Part shown: positions 1-9,456 of the stretch, one piece after another
How positions within the stretch are numbered: position 1 is the stretch's first letter
Layout: each line of letters opens with the position of its first letter
Source of the DNA: an uncultured delta proteobacterium
GTDB taxonomy: Bacteria; Myxococcota; Kuafuiibacteriia; Kuafuiibacteriales; Kuafuiibacteriaceae
Length of the DNA: 64,000 bases
Direction: 5' to 3'
Assembly: GCA_963803435.1 (NCBI GenBank)
Contig: CAWDML010000009.1
Coordinates: 1,536,001-1,600,000 of the forward strand
The notes under the pieces: model-generated
Told to the model about the DNA's origin: nothing
Database searches by the model: none
What the model saw: only the letters and a program-made list of their open reading frames with translations
Made by a program: the position numbers and the translations under genes

Positions 1-1586
1 AGGACAAGGCGTTCCTCGCGGTCGATGGGCGCTACTGGCTCCAGGCGGAGCAGCAGGTCGATCCCAAGCTCTGGGAGGTCGTGCGGGTCGAGCTCGGCAC
101 CGGGATCGACGGCGCCATCGCCGCGGTGGTGCGGCGCCTGGTGGCCGAGGGCGGGCCGAAGAAGGTCCGGGTCGGCTTCGAGCCGGATCGGATCACGCCC
201 AGCCAGCTCGACGCGTTCAAGCAGGCCGTGGGCGAGGGGCCGGTCTGGAAGGCCATGTTCCCCTCGCCGGTCGAGCAGGCCCGCGGCCTCGAGCGACCGC
301 CCCCCCGCGAGGGCAAGATCCGGCTGGTCGACGAGAAGAAGGTGGGCCGCACCGTCACCGAGAAGCTGGCCGAGCTGGGCCAGCGACTCGACGAGCTGGC
401 AGTGGACGCGCTCCTGGTCCAGAAGCTCGACGAGATCGCCTATCTCTCCAACCTGCGCGGCGACGAGCTGCCCTACCAGGCCACCTTCAAGTCGATCGCG
501 CTGGCGACCAAGGAGAGCCTGTTCATCGGCATCGATCCGGCGAAGGTCGACAGCTCGATCCGGGTGGCGCGCGACAAGATCCTCTTCGTGCCCGAGGCCG
601 AGTTCTGGACCCTGATGGGGAAGAAGTCCAAGCGCCGCCGGATCGCCTACGACCCCGCCGACAACACCGAGCAGGGCCGGCTCGCCATCGAGAAGACCGG
701 CGCCGAGGCCGTCCCGGTGATCACGCCGATCGCGTCGATGAAGGCGAAGAAGAACAAGGCCGAGCTGGCGGCGATGGTGGGCGCCTTCGCCCGCGCCGAC
801 GGCGTGGTCACTGCCGCCAGCGAGTGGCTCTGCGATCAGGTGGTGGTGAAGAAGAAGAAGGTGACCGAGTACGACTTCGCGCAGAAGGTCAGCGAGCTGT
901 TCACCGCGTCCGGAGCCACCGGGTTGTCGTTCAAGATCATCAGCGCGGCCGGGAAGAACGGCGCGATCATCCACTACAGCGATCCCAGCCAGAGCCGCAC
1001 CATCAAGAAGGGCGAGCTGATGCTCCTCGACACCGGCGCGTACTTCTACGAGGGGTACGCCACCGATCTGACGCGGACGTTCCTGGTCGACGCGCCCTCC
1101 GGCAAGGCGGACGCGAAGGCCAAGCGCTACTACACGCTCGTCCTCAAGGCCGCGATCGCCGGGATGAGGGCAGTGCTGCCCGCCGGCGCGAGCGGAGCCG
1201 CGCTCGACGCGATCGTCCGCGCCCCGCTCTGGACCGAAGGGCTCAACTACAACCACGGCACGGGCCACGGCGTCGGCATCAACGTTCACGAGTATCCGCC
1301 GCGGATCTCGCCGACCGGCGCCTCGGTCCTGGAGGAGGGCTTCGTCTTCTCCATCGAGCCGGGCGTGTACCTGCCCGCGTTCGGCGGCATCCGGATCGAG
1401 AACCTGTGCACGGTGGAGAAGGCGCCCAAGATGCCGGGCTTCCTCCGCGTCAAGCCGCTCACCTTCGCCCCGCTCGACAAGCGTTTGATCGAGACGAAGA
1501 TGCTCTCGCCCGAAGAGAAGACCTGGCTCGCGGACTACGAGAAGCGGAGCAAGACCGTCACCCGCCGCGGTTCCGCCAGCTCATGA
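1..1586 (+). CDS. Xaa-Pro aminopeptidase (M24B, aminopeptidase P), 5' end outside window
   Basis: Motifs LLDTGAY..YATDLTRT, HGTGHGVG..VHE, FSIEPGVY, GIRIENL; the reading frame is open from the window start (DGRYWLQAEQQ). Confidence 0.9.
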   Translation, partial: DKAFLAVDGRYWLQAEQQVDPKLWEVVRVELGTGIDGAIAAVVRRLVAEGGPKKVRVGFEPDRITPSQLDAFKQAVGEGPVWKAMFPSPVEQARGLERPPPREGKIRLVDEKKVGRTVTEKLAELGQRLDELAVDALLVQKLDEIAYLSNLRGDELPYQATFKSIALATKESLFIGIDPAKVDSSIRVARDKILFVPEAEFWTLMGKKSKRRRIAYDPADNTEQGRLAIEKTGAEAVPVITPIASMKAKKNKAELAAMVGAFARADGVVTAASEWLCDQVVVKKKKVTEYDFAQKVSELFTASGATGLSFKIISAAGKNGAIIHYSDPSQSRTIKKGELMLLDTGAYFYEGYATDLTRTFLVDAPSGKADAKAKRYYTLVLKAAIAGMRAVLPAGASGAALDAIVRAPLWTEGLNYNHGTGHGVGINVHEYPPRISPTGASVLEEGFVFSIEPGVYLPAFGGIRIENLCTVEKAPKMPGFLRVKPLTFAPLDKRLIETKMLSPEEKTWLADYEKRSKTVTRRGSASS

Positions 1587-3564
1587 TTGACTGCGTCACC
1601 TTCTCGGGCGTCAGCCCGAAGTGCTCGTAGACCTTCTCGTAAGGCGCGCTCTCGCCGAAGGTGTCGACGCCCAGGTTGAGGCCGCTGGTGCCGGTCAGGC
1701 TCTGCCATGGCGGCGTGCGGCCCGCCTCGATGGAGACCTTCTTCAGGGCCACCGGCAGCACGCTCTCCCGGTAGGCGGCGTCCTGGGCCAGGAACTGCTC
1801 CACCGAGGGCATCGAGACCACGCGGGCCTTCACGCCCTGGGCCTCGAGCAGCTTCCCTGCGCGCACCGCCAGCCCCACCTCGCTCCCGGTGGCCATGATC
1901 GCGACGTCGGCGCCGGCCCGATCCTCGAGCACGTAGCCGCCGCGCCAGACCGACCTCGGATCGAAGCCGGCGGGGCGCACCAGCGTGTCCACGTTCTGGC
2001 GCGTGAACACGAGCGCATGCGGCCCGTCCTCGCCCTGCCCCGCCGCGTAGCTCCACGCCATCGCGGTCTCGACGCCGTCGGCCGGGCGCCACACGTGGAA
2101 GCCGGGGATGAGCCGGAGCGCCCACAGCTGCTCCACGGCCTGGTGCGTGGGCCCGTCCTCCCCGAGACCGATCGAGTCGTGCGTGAAGACCATCAGCGCG
2201 CGGGCCTTCATCAACGCCGCCAGCCGCAGCGACGGACGCATGTAATCCGAGAAGACCAGGAAGGTGGCGCCGAAGGGGATGAACGGTCCGTACAGGGCCA
2301 TGCCGTTCACCGCCGCCGCCATCCCGTGCTCGCGCACGCCGAAGTGGATGTTGCGTCCGGAGAACTCGTTCTTCGCCAGATGCGGGCTGTCCTTGATGGT
2401 GTTCTTGTTGGAGCCGGCCAGGTCCGCCGAGCCGCCCACCAGCGCGGGGACGAGCGGCGCGAGCGCGTTGATCGCGGTGCCGGACATGTTGCGCGTGGCG
2501 CCCTTGGCGTCTTTCAGCTGGGCGAGCGCGGCCTCGACGGCGGCCTCGGGCACGCTCCGGCTCCACGAGGTCTCCCACGAAGCTGCCCGCTCCGCGTTCG
2601 CTTTCTTCCAGCCGGCCATCCCGGTCTTCCAGGCGGCGTGGGCTGCGCGCCCGCGATCGGCGGCCGCACCGAACAGCGCCCGGACCTCCTCGGGCACGTC
2701 GAAGGGCGGGCGGGTCCAGCCGAGCTTCTCCTTGGTGAGCTTCGCCTCCTCCTCACCGAGGGCCTCGCCGTGCGCCTTGGCGGTGCCCTCGCGGTGCGGG
2801 CTCCCGTACCCAATCCGGGTCTTGGCCAGGATCAGCGACGGCCGATCGAGCACCTTCTGGGCCTCCTCGACCGCCTGCCTGGCGGCGGCCTGATCGTGTC
2901 CGTCGATCCGGAGCGTGTGCCAACCGTAGGCCTGATAGCGACGCTCGACGTCCTCGGTCAGCGAGATCGCGGTGCTGCCGTCGATCGTGATCGAGTTGTC
3001 GTCGTAGAAGAAGATCAGCTCGCCCAGCCCCAGGTGGCCCGCGAGCGACGCCGCCTCGCTGGTGACGCCCTCCATCATGCAGCCGTCGCCCATGATCCCG
3101 TAGACGCGGTGGGTGATCGGATCGAAGCCGTGCCCGTTCCAGCGCGCCTTCGCCATCCGCGTCGCCATCGCCATCCCCACGGCGTTCGCGAAGCCCTGAC
3201 CGAGCGGGCCGGTGGTGGTCTCGACCCCGGGCGTGAGCCCCCGCTCCGGATGCCCGGGCGTCTTGCTGCCGAGCTGACGAAAGCGCCGGATCTCGTCCAT
3301 CGAGAGCGCGTAGCCGGAGAGGTGGAGCATCGCGTACAACAGCATCGACGCGTGGCCGTTGGAGAGGACGAACCGGTCTCGGTTCTCCCAGTGAGGCGAA
3401 TCGGGATCGAAGGTCATCACCTCGCCCCAGAGCACGACGGCAATGTCGGCGAGACCCATCGGCGCCCCGGGGTGGCCGCTGTCGGCCTTGTTCACGGCGT
3501 CGATCGCGAGGGCACGGATGGTATTTGCGGCGAGATTGCGGAGCTCCGGGGTGAGGGCGGTCAT
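1558..3564 (-). CDS. tkt: Transketolase
   Basis: SGHPGAPMG, RDRFVLSNGH, TTGPLGQG, GDGCMMEG, HFGVREHGM, THDSIGLGEDGPTHQ; start placed at ATG 3564 (MTALTPELRNLAANTIR). Confidence 0.97.
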   Translation of the reverse strand: MTALTPELRNLAANTIRALAIDAVNKADSGHPGAPMGLADIAVVLWGEVMTFDPDSPHWENRDRFVLSNGHASMLLYAMLHLSGYALSMDEIRRFRQLGSKTPGHPERGLTPGVETTTGPLGQGFANAVGMAMATRMAKARWNGHGFDPITHRVYGIMGDGCMMEGVTSEAASLAGHLGLGELIFFYDDNSITIDGSTAISLTEDVERRYQAYGWHTLRIDGHDQAAARQAVEEAQKVLDRPSLILAKTRIGYGSPHREGTAKAHGEALGEEEAKLTKEKLGWTRPPFDVPEEVRALFGAAADRGRAAHAAWKTGMAGWKKANAERAASWETSWSRSVPEAAVEAALAQLKDAKGATRNMSGTAINALAPLVPALVGGSADLAGSNKNTIKDSPHLAKNEFSGRNIHFGVREHGMAAAVNGMALYGPFIPFGATFLVFSDYMRPSLRLAALMKARALMVFTHDSIGLGEDGPTHQAVEQLWALRLIPGFHVWRPADGVETAMAWSYAAGQGEDGPHALVFTRQNVDTLVRPAGFDPRSVWRGGYVLEDRAGADVAIMATGSEVGLAVRAGKLLEAQGVKARVVSMPSVEQFLAQDAAYRESVLPVALKKVSIEAGRTPPWQSLTGTSGLNLGVDTFGESAPYEKVYEHFGLTPEKVTQSIMSWRNRGG

Positions 3565-3618
3565 GAGAGCTCGCTTAGCCAAGCGTGCTCCGGTTGACCA
3601 GCACCGAAATCGGCAGGA

Positions 3619-4488
3619 ATGCTGCGCCCCGTGCTGAAACTCCGACACGCCGCGCTCGTGGCCGGCTGTGCGCTTCTGGTCGCTTGCCCCAGCGAGCAAC
3701 CGCAGCCAGGCGGAAGCGACGCCGAGACCACCTCGATCGGCCGATCGATCGTCACGTCGACCCGATCGGCGACGGCCACCGGTACCACCGCAGGGAAGAC
3801 GACCGTCCCTCCTTCCACGCCGTGCACCGCCGGACCCGCGTGGATCGGGGTCTCACCGTGCACCCAGGGCGGGTACCTGTATGGCAGCGGCGAGTTCAAG
3901 GGCGAGGCCACCACGTATCTCGCCCGCGCCACCGCGGCCAGCCGAGCCCGCAAGCGCATCGCGCAGGCCCTCGGCGCCCACGACAACGATGAGTTCACGC
4001 TCCAGAACTCGGAGATCGACCAGGTCTTCGCTTGCGAGGGCGTCACGCACGCGCTGGCCCGCGTCCCGGTGAAGGTGGACAGCTTCAAGGCCTGCGCCCC
4101 CGGTGCGCTCGATCCCGAGCCGCCGGCCAAGGGCTGCCCAGCGTGGGTGTCGCGGATGACGTGGCGCGAGGGCGACGTCTTCTACGCCGTCGCGCCCATG
4201 TTCCGGGTGATGCGGCGGTCGATGGCCGAGCAGTCGGCGGTCAACCGCGCCCGGCAGATGGTGGCCGAGATGCTCCAGGTTCGGCTCGCGATCACCAACG
4301 AGGGCGTCACCAGCAGCGTCGAGCCGACAGCCATCCGCCAGACCGGGAAGACCGCCGTCGACTGCAACGGCTCGCGCTGGCTCAAGGTCGCGTTTGAGCG
4401 CGGACCCTCGGACGCCCCCATGCTGCACGGGCGCGGCGGTCGCCTCGGTGGGCAGCTGCAACCGAAGAACAAGAAGAAGAAGCCGTAG
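3619..4488 (+). CDS. Hypothetical lipoprotein with two LPP20-like helical repeats
   Basis: Lipobox-like LLVAC, Thr/Ser-rich linker, repeated A..RAR..(I/V)A..L helices, several Cys. Confidence 0.55.
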   Translation: MLRPVLKLRHAALVAGCALLVACPSEQPQPGGSDAETTSIGRSIVTSTRSATATGTTAGKTTVPPSTPCTAGPAWIGVSPCTQGGYLYGSGEFKGEATTYLARATAASRARKRIAQALGAHDNDEFTLQNSEIDQVFACEGVTHALARVPVKVDSFKACAPGALDPEPPAKGCPAWVSRMTWREGDVFYAVAPMFRVMRRSMAEQSAVNRARQMVAEMLQVRLAITNEGVTSSVEPTAIRQTGKTAVDCNGSRWLKVAFERGPSDAPMLHGRGGRLGGQLQPKNKKKKP

Positions 4489-4491
4489 CGC

Positions 4492-5771
4492 GTGACCGCC
4501 CTGGCGCAGAAGGAGCGGCCGCACGTGCTCATCATCGGCGGCGGCTTCGGCGGCCTCACCGCGGCGCAGTCGCTCGGAGGTGAGCCGGTCGACGTCACGC
4601 TGGTCGATCGCGCGAACCATCACCTCTTTCAACCGCTCCTCTATCAGGTGGCGATGGCAGGACTCTCGCCGGCGGAGATCGCGCTCCCGATCCGAAGCCT
4701 GCTCCGGCGCCACCGGAACGTTCGCGTCTTCCTGGGCGAGGTGGTCGCGATCGATCTCGAGAGACACCGCATCGATCTCGCGGATGGATCGGTTCTCACC
4801 TACGACTTCCTCATCCTCGCCGCCGGCGCGCGCACGACCTACTTTGGACATGACAGCTGGGCGACGTACGCGCTCGGCCTCAAGAGCGTCGACGACGCGG
4901 TCGAGATCCGGCGACGGGTGCTCCTCGAGTTCGAGTACGCCGAGCGCTCTGAGGACGAGGCCGAGCGAAGCCACCACCTCACCTTTCCGATCATCGGCGC
5001 CGGACCGACCGGCGTGGAGCTGGCCGGGGCGCTGGCGGAGCTCGCCCACAAGGTGCTGGCCAAGGACTTCCGCCGCATCAACGCCGCCGCCGCCCGCGTC
5101 ATCCTGCTCGAGGGAGGTCCGCGGGTGCTGCCGACCTTCGACGAGACGCTCTCCGCCTCCGCCGAGCGCCAGCTCCGCGATCTCGGCGTCGAGGTCCGCA
5201 CCCACACGATGGTCCGCGACATCGACGCTCGCGGCGTGCACCTCGACGACGGCATCATCGAGGCCGGCGTCGTCATCTGGGCCGCCGGCGTGGGTGCGAG
5301 CCCTCTCGCCTCCGCCCTCGGCGTTCCGCTCGATTCGGGCGGGCCGCATCCCGGTCAACCCCGACTGCAGCATCGGCGACCACTCCGACGCCTTCGCCAT
5401 CGGCGACATCGCGCGCTTCGAACAGGACGGCAAGCCGCTCCCTGGCGTCAGCCAGACCGCGATGCAGCAGGCGCGCGCGGCGGCCAAGAACATCCTCCGC
5501 ACGATGCACGGCGAGGCGCGCCAGCCGTTCCACTACTTCGACAAGGGCTCGATGGCGACTATCGGCCGCTCACACGCCATCGCCGAGAATCGGGCGCCTG
5601 CGCCTCTCCGGTCTGGTTGCGTGGCTCGCGTGGCTGCTGGTCCATCTCTGGTACCTGATCGGTTTCAAGAACCGGGTGTTCGTGCTGTTGCAGTGGGTGT
5701 GGAGCTACGTGATGTACCGGCGCGGAGCGCGGTTGATCACCGGGCCGCGCGCCCGGAGCGGACCGACGTAG
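4492..5771 (+). CDS. ndh: Type II NADH dehydrogenase (frameshifts near 5340 and 5590)
   Basis: IIGGGFGGL, HLFQPLLYQVA, GAGPTGVELAG, FAIGD, YFDKGSMATIGR, then AWLLVHLWYLIGFKNR in a third frame ending at TAG 5771. Confidence 0.88.
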
Positions 5772-5805
5772 CGCCCTGGAACCCAATGATCCAGTGCTGC
5801 CGCCC

Positions 5806-7992
5806 TCAGGGATCGAGACGGAGCGTGGGGAGCCCGTCCTCGAGGTGGATCCTTCCTTTGCCGCGGGCGAAGGCGGCCTTGCGGGTCTTGCCCTTCGAGA
5901 GGAGGTCGCCGAGCTCCCGGGGCGTGAGCGAGCGGCCCTCGAACACAAAGGGCACCGTGAACCCGCAACCGGTCCGCCAGTGCGCGCAGCCCCAGGCCTG
6001 GCGGCCGGGGACGATGCCCTCGCGCCGGCAGCGAGGACACACCAGGTGTTGCAAGACATCTTGCAGCGGCACGTCTTTTCTCGGCGGCCTCCGCTCGATC
6101 CGCCCGCCCGCGATCTTCTCCACCGCGTCCCGCACGAACGCCGCCACGTCCGCCATGAACACGGACGCCGGCTCGACGCCCCGGGCGATCCGGAGCAACC
6201 TCGCCTCCCACTCGCCCGTCAGATCCGCCGACCGGAGCGTGGGCACCGGGAGGCGCTCGATCAGCGCGATCCCCTTCTCGGTCGGGCGAAGGTTCTTCCG
6301 CTCGCGCCGCAGGTACTCCCGCTGGATCAACGTCTCGATGATCGAGGCCCGCGTCGCCGGCGTCCCCAGCCCGCGGTCCTTCATGGCTTCCCGGAGCGCT
6401 TCGTCCTCCACGCGCCTGCCGGCGGTCTCCATGGCGCCCAGGAGCGAGGCGTCGCTGTGGCGACGCGGCGGCTCGGTCCGGCCCCGCGTGACCGCGAGCT
6501 TGGCGTCGAGCCGCTCACCCACCGTCACGTCCGGCAGCGTCTGCTCGGACGGGCTCTTCGGCGGCTCCACCGCCTGCCAGCCACGCTCGAGCACCACCCG
6601 GCCCCGAGCCACGAAGCGATCGGGCGGCGGGGGCAGCGCCTCCATGATGGCCTCGCGCGCCGCCTGATCGCGCTTGGGCCGGGAGGCCCGGGCGGTGGCC
6701 AGCAGGATCTCGGTGGAGAGGAAGCGAGCGGCCGGGTGAAAGGCGGCCAGGAAGCGGCGGACGATCAGATCGAAGACCTTCCTCGGATCCTCGGGCAGCG
6801 CCGGCGGGAACACCCCGGTGGGGATGATCGCAGGGTGATCGCCGACCTTGGCATCGTCGACGATGCGCCGGGTGATCGGGAGCGGCGCGCCGATCGCGGA
6901 TGCGAAGGGCCCGTACTGCGGATGGCGCGCGAACGCTTCGATCAAACCCGGGAGCCGATCGCGATCGGCCTCCGTCAGGTAGCGCGACGACGTGCGCGGA
7001 TACGTGATCAGCTTGTGCCGCTCGTAGAGCTCCTGGGCGGCTTGGAGCGTGCGTTCCGCCGAGAACCCGAAGCGCCGGTTGGCCGCCTGCTGGAGCGCGG
7101 TGAGATCGAAGAGCTGCGGCGGCGGCTCCACGATCTCCTTCTTGGTCACATCGACCACCTCGAGCCGTCGATCCGGGGTGGCCGCCCGTACGCGCGCCTC
7201 CAGCGCCGATGCCAGCGCAGCGCTGGCGAGCCGGGTGCCGCCCTCCGGCGAGGTCCAGCGCGCCGCGAAGGTCTCGCCGGCCTGGGTGGCCCGGGCGGTG
7301 AGCTCCCAGAAGTCGCGCGGGATGAAGTGCAGGATCTCCTGCTCGCGCTCGACCAGGAGCGCGAGCGTCGGCGTCTGCACCCGGCCGATCGAGTAGAGGC
7401 CTCCCCGCTCTCGCCGTCCGGGCTTCGCGGGATGACCTCCGTCCTTCTTCCTGGAGGCCAGCGTCATCGCCCGCGTGGCATTGATCCCGACCAGCCAATC
7501 CGCCTCGGAGCGGCAGCGGGCGGCGGCCGCCAGCGCCTCGTAGTCCCGCCCGCGTCCGAGCTCCCGGAACCCGCGCCGGATCGCGTCCGGTGTGAGCGAC
7601 GAGATCCACAGGCGCATGATGGGGAGGCGGCTCTTCGCCCGCTCGTAGACGTAGCGGAAGATCAGCTCGCCCTCACGGCCGGCGTCGCAGGCGTTGATGA
7701 CGACCTCGAAGTCCCGCCGCGCCAAGAGGTCACGGACGATCCGCCACTGCGCGATCGTCCGCTTGGCCGGACGCAGCCGGAAGCGCTCGGGCACCATCGG
7801 CAGCGTCGGCCACGACCAGCGCTTCCAGGAGGGGTCGTACGCGTGCGGCTCCTCGAGCTCGACCAGGTGGCCGATGCACCAGGTGATCGTGTAGCCCTCA
7901 CCGACGAGCGCACCGCCGCCCTTGCCGTGGACGCCGAGCACCCGGGCCAGGTCGCGGGCGACGGACGGCTTCTCCGCGATCACCAGCTTCAC
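5806..7992 (-). CDS. topB: DNA topoisomerase III (type IA)
   Basis: IAEKPSVA, TWCIGHL, NACDAGREGELIF, SIGRVQTPTL, catalytic ITYPRT, GLGTPATRASIIE, C-terminal Cys ribbon. Confidence 0.93.
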   Translation of the reverse strand: MKLVIAEKPSVARDLARVLGVHGKGGGALVGEGYTITWCIGHLVELEEPHAYDPSWKRWSWPTLPMVPERFRLRPAKRTIAQWRIVRDLLARRDFEVVINACDAGREGELIFRYVYERAKSRLPIMRLWISSLTPDAIRRGFRELGRGRDYEALAAAARCRSEADWLVGINATRAMTLASRKKDGGHPAKPGRRERGGLYSIGRVQTPTLALLVEREQEILHFIPRDFWELTARATQAGETFAARWTSPEGGTRLASAALASALEARVRAATPDRRLEVVDVTKKEIVEPPPQLFDLTALQQAANRRFGFSAERTLQAAQELYERHKLITYPRTSSRYLTEADRDRLPGLIEAFARHPQYGPFASAIGAPLPITRRIVDDAKVGDHPAIIPTGVFPPALPEDPRKVFDLIVRRFLAAFHPAARFLSTEILLATARASRPKRDQAAREAIMEALPPPPDRFVARGRVVLERGWQAVEPPKSPSEQTLPDVTVGERLDAKLAVTRGRTEPPRRHSDASLLGAMETAGRRVEDEALREAMKDRGLGTPATRASIIETLIQREYLRRERKNLRPTEKGIALIERLPVPTLRSADLTGEWEARLLRIARGVEPASVFMADVAAFVRDAVEKIAGGRIERRPPRKDVPLQDVLQHLVCPRCRREGIVPGRQAWGCAHWRTGCGFTVPFVFEGRSLTPRELGDLLSKGKTRKAAFARGKGRIHLEDGLPTLRLDP

Positions 7993-8118
7993 GCCGGCGA
8001 GTCCTACCAGACCGGGCCCGTCGGGCGTGTCTCAAACCGTTCCGCGGCGGCCTCCGCTAACTCATCAAAAACAAAGGATTTTGATTCGTACCGGATAGAT
8101 GTTTAGAATGCGAAGGAT

Positions 8119-9456
8119 ATGGCGCGCGTCCTCTGGTTGTCCTTGTCCATCTCTCTGTCGCTCGCCCTCGCCGCCTGCAAGAAGGACCGGCCCGAGGACT
8201 CCATCCTCCTGCTGACGATCGACACGCTCCGGGCGGATCACCTCCACACGTACGGCTACTTCCGGAAGACCTCGCCCCGGATCGACGCCTTCGGCGAGGA
8301 AGCGCTGCTCTTCGAGCACGCCATCACGCCGATGGCCACCACACTGCCGGCGCACCTGTCGATGATGACCTCGACGCGCCCGCTCCGCCACGGCGTGGTG
8401 AGAAACGGCCTCCGCTTCGAGCCCGACGCGCACCTCACCAGCCTCGCGATGATGCTCTCGAGGGCCGGGTACACCACCGCCGCGTTCGTCTCGGCCGCGC
8501 CGGTGTCAAAGGGCTCAGGGATCAACGCCGGCTTCACCGACTTCGACGAGCCCGACGGCACCAACCGGCGCGCGGAGGAGACGGTGAGCGACGCGCTCGC
8601 CTGGTTCGAGGCCCACGCCAAGGACGACCAGCCGTTCTTCGTCTGGATCCACCTCTTCGATCCCCACGACCCCTACGATCCGCCCGGCGAGTACGCGAAG
8701 GCGTTCACCAAGTCCGAGGCCGAGGAGCGCTTCGTCGTGAGCACGGGCGCCCGGCCGATCCACCGTCTGGGCAAGCACGAGTACGACGTTCTCGACATCA
8801 ACAACCGCTACGACGGCGAGATCCTCTACGCCGACGCGCAGGTGGGCCGGCTCTTCGATCGCCTCGGCGAGCTGGGCACGTACGACGACACGACCATCGT
8901 GCTCGCTGCGGATCACGGCGAGGGCCTGTGGCAGCACAACTGGCACGATCACGGGCGGATCTACAACGAGCAGATCTTCGTGCCGTTGATCGTGAAGCCG
9001 CCCGAGAGCGAGGACCTCGAGCCCCGCCGGATCTCCGCGCTCGCCTCCACGCTCGACATCGTCCCCACGCTCGACGGCATGCTCGATCTGCCGCTGACCG
9101 ACGCCGAGCGCGCGCAGCTCGAGGGCGTCGATCTCCTCCAGGATCGGCGGGCGTTCGTGTTCTCGCAGCGGGTCGAGGTCCACCGGCGCGGCTGGGAGCG
9201 CGGTGACAAGTTTGCCCTCTCCACGCCCGAGTGGAAGCTGTTCGCGCTGAGCGACGGCGACGACCAGCTCTTCGACGTCGTCGACGATCCCCACGAGCTC
9301 GAGAACGTGATCGACGCCCACCCGAACGTGGCGGTCTCGATGAAGCGACAGGTCAACTCCATCCTGGCCGGCTACCTGGCGAAGAACGCGGCCCCGCGCA
9401 AGCGGGTGGATCACGCTCTGATCGAGAAGCTCCGGGCGCTCGGATACCTCGAATGA
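8119..9456 (+). CDS. Sulfatase-like hydrolase (alkaline phosphatase superfamily), lipoprotein
   Basis: LAAC lipobox, TIDTLRADH, TTLPAHLSMMT, FDPHDPY, ADHGEGL, C-terminal LRALGY. Confidence 0.85.
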   Translation: MARVLWLSLSISLSLALAACKKDRPEDSILLLTIDTLRADHLHTYGYFRKTSPRIDAFGEEALLFEHAITPMATTLPAHLSMMTSTRPLRHGVVRNGLRFEPDAHLTSLAMMLSRAGYTTAAFVSAAPVSKGSGINAGFTDFDEPDGTNRRAEETVSDALAWFEAHAKDDQPFFVWIHLFDPHDPYDPPGEYAKAFTKSEAEERFVVSTGARPIHRLGKHEYDVLDINNRYDGEILYADAQVGRLFDRLGELGTYDDTTIVLAADHGEGLWQHNWHDHGRIYNEQIFVPLIVKPPESEDLEPRRISALASTLDIVPTLDGMLDLPLTDAERAQLEGVDLLQDRRAFVFSQRVEVHRRGWERGDKFALSTPEWKLFALSDGDDQLFDVVDDPHELENVIDAHPNVAVSMKRQVNSILAGYLAKNAAPRKRVDHALIEKLRALGYLE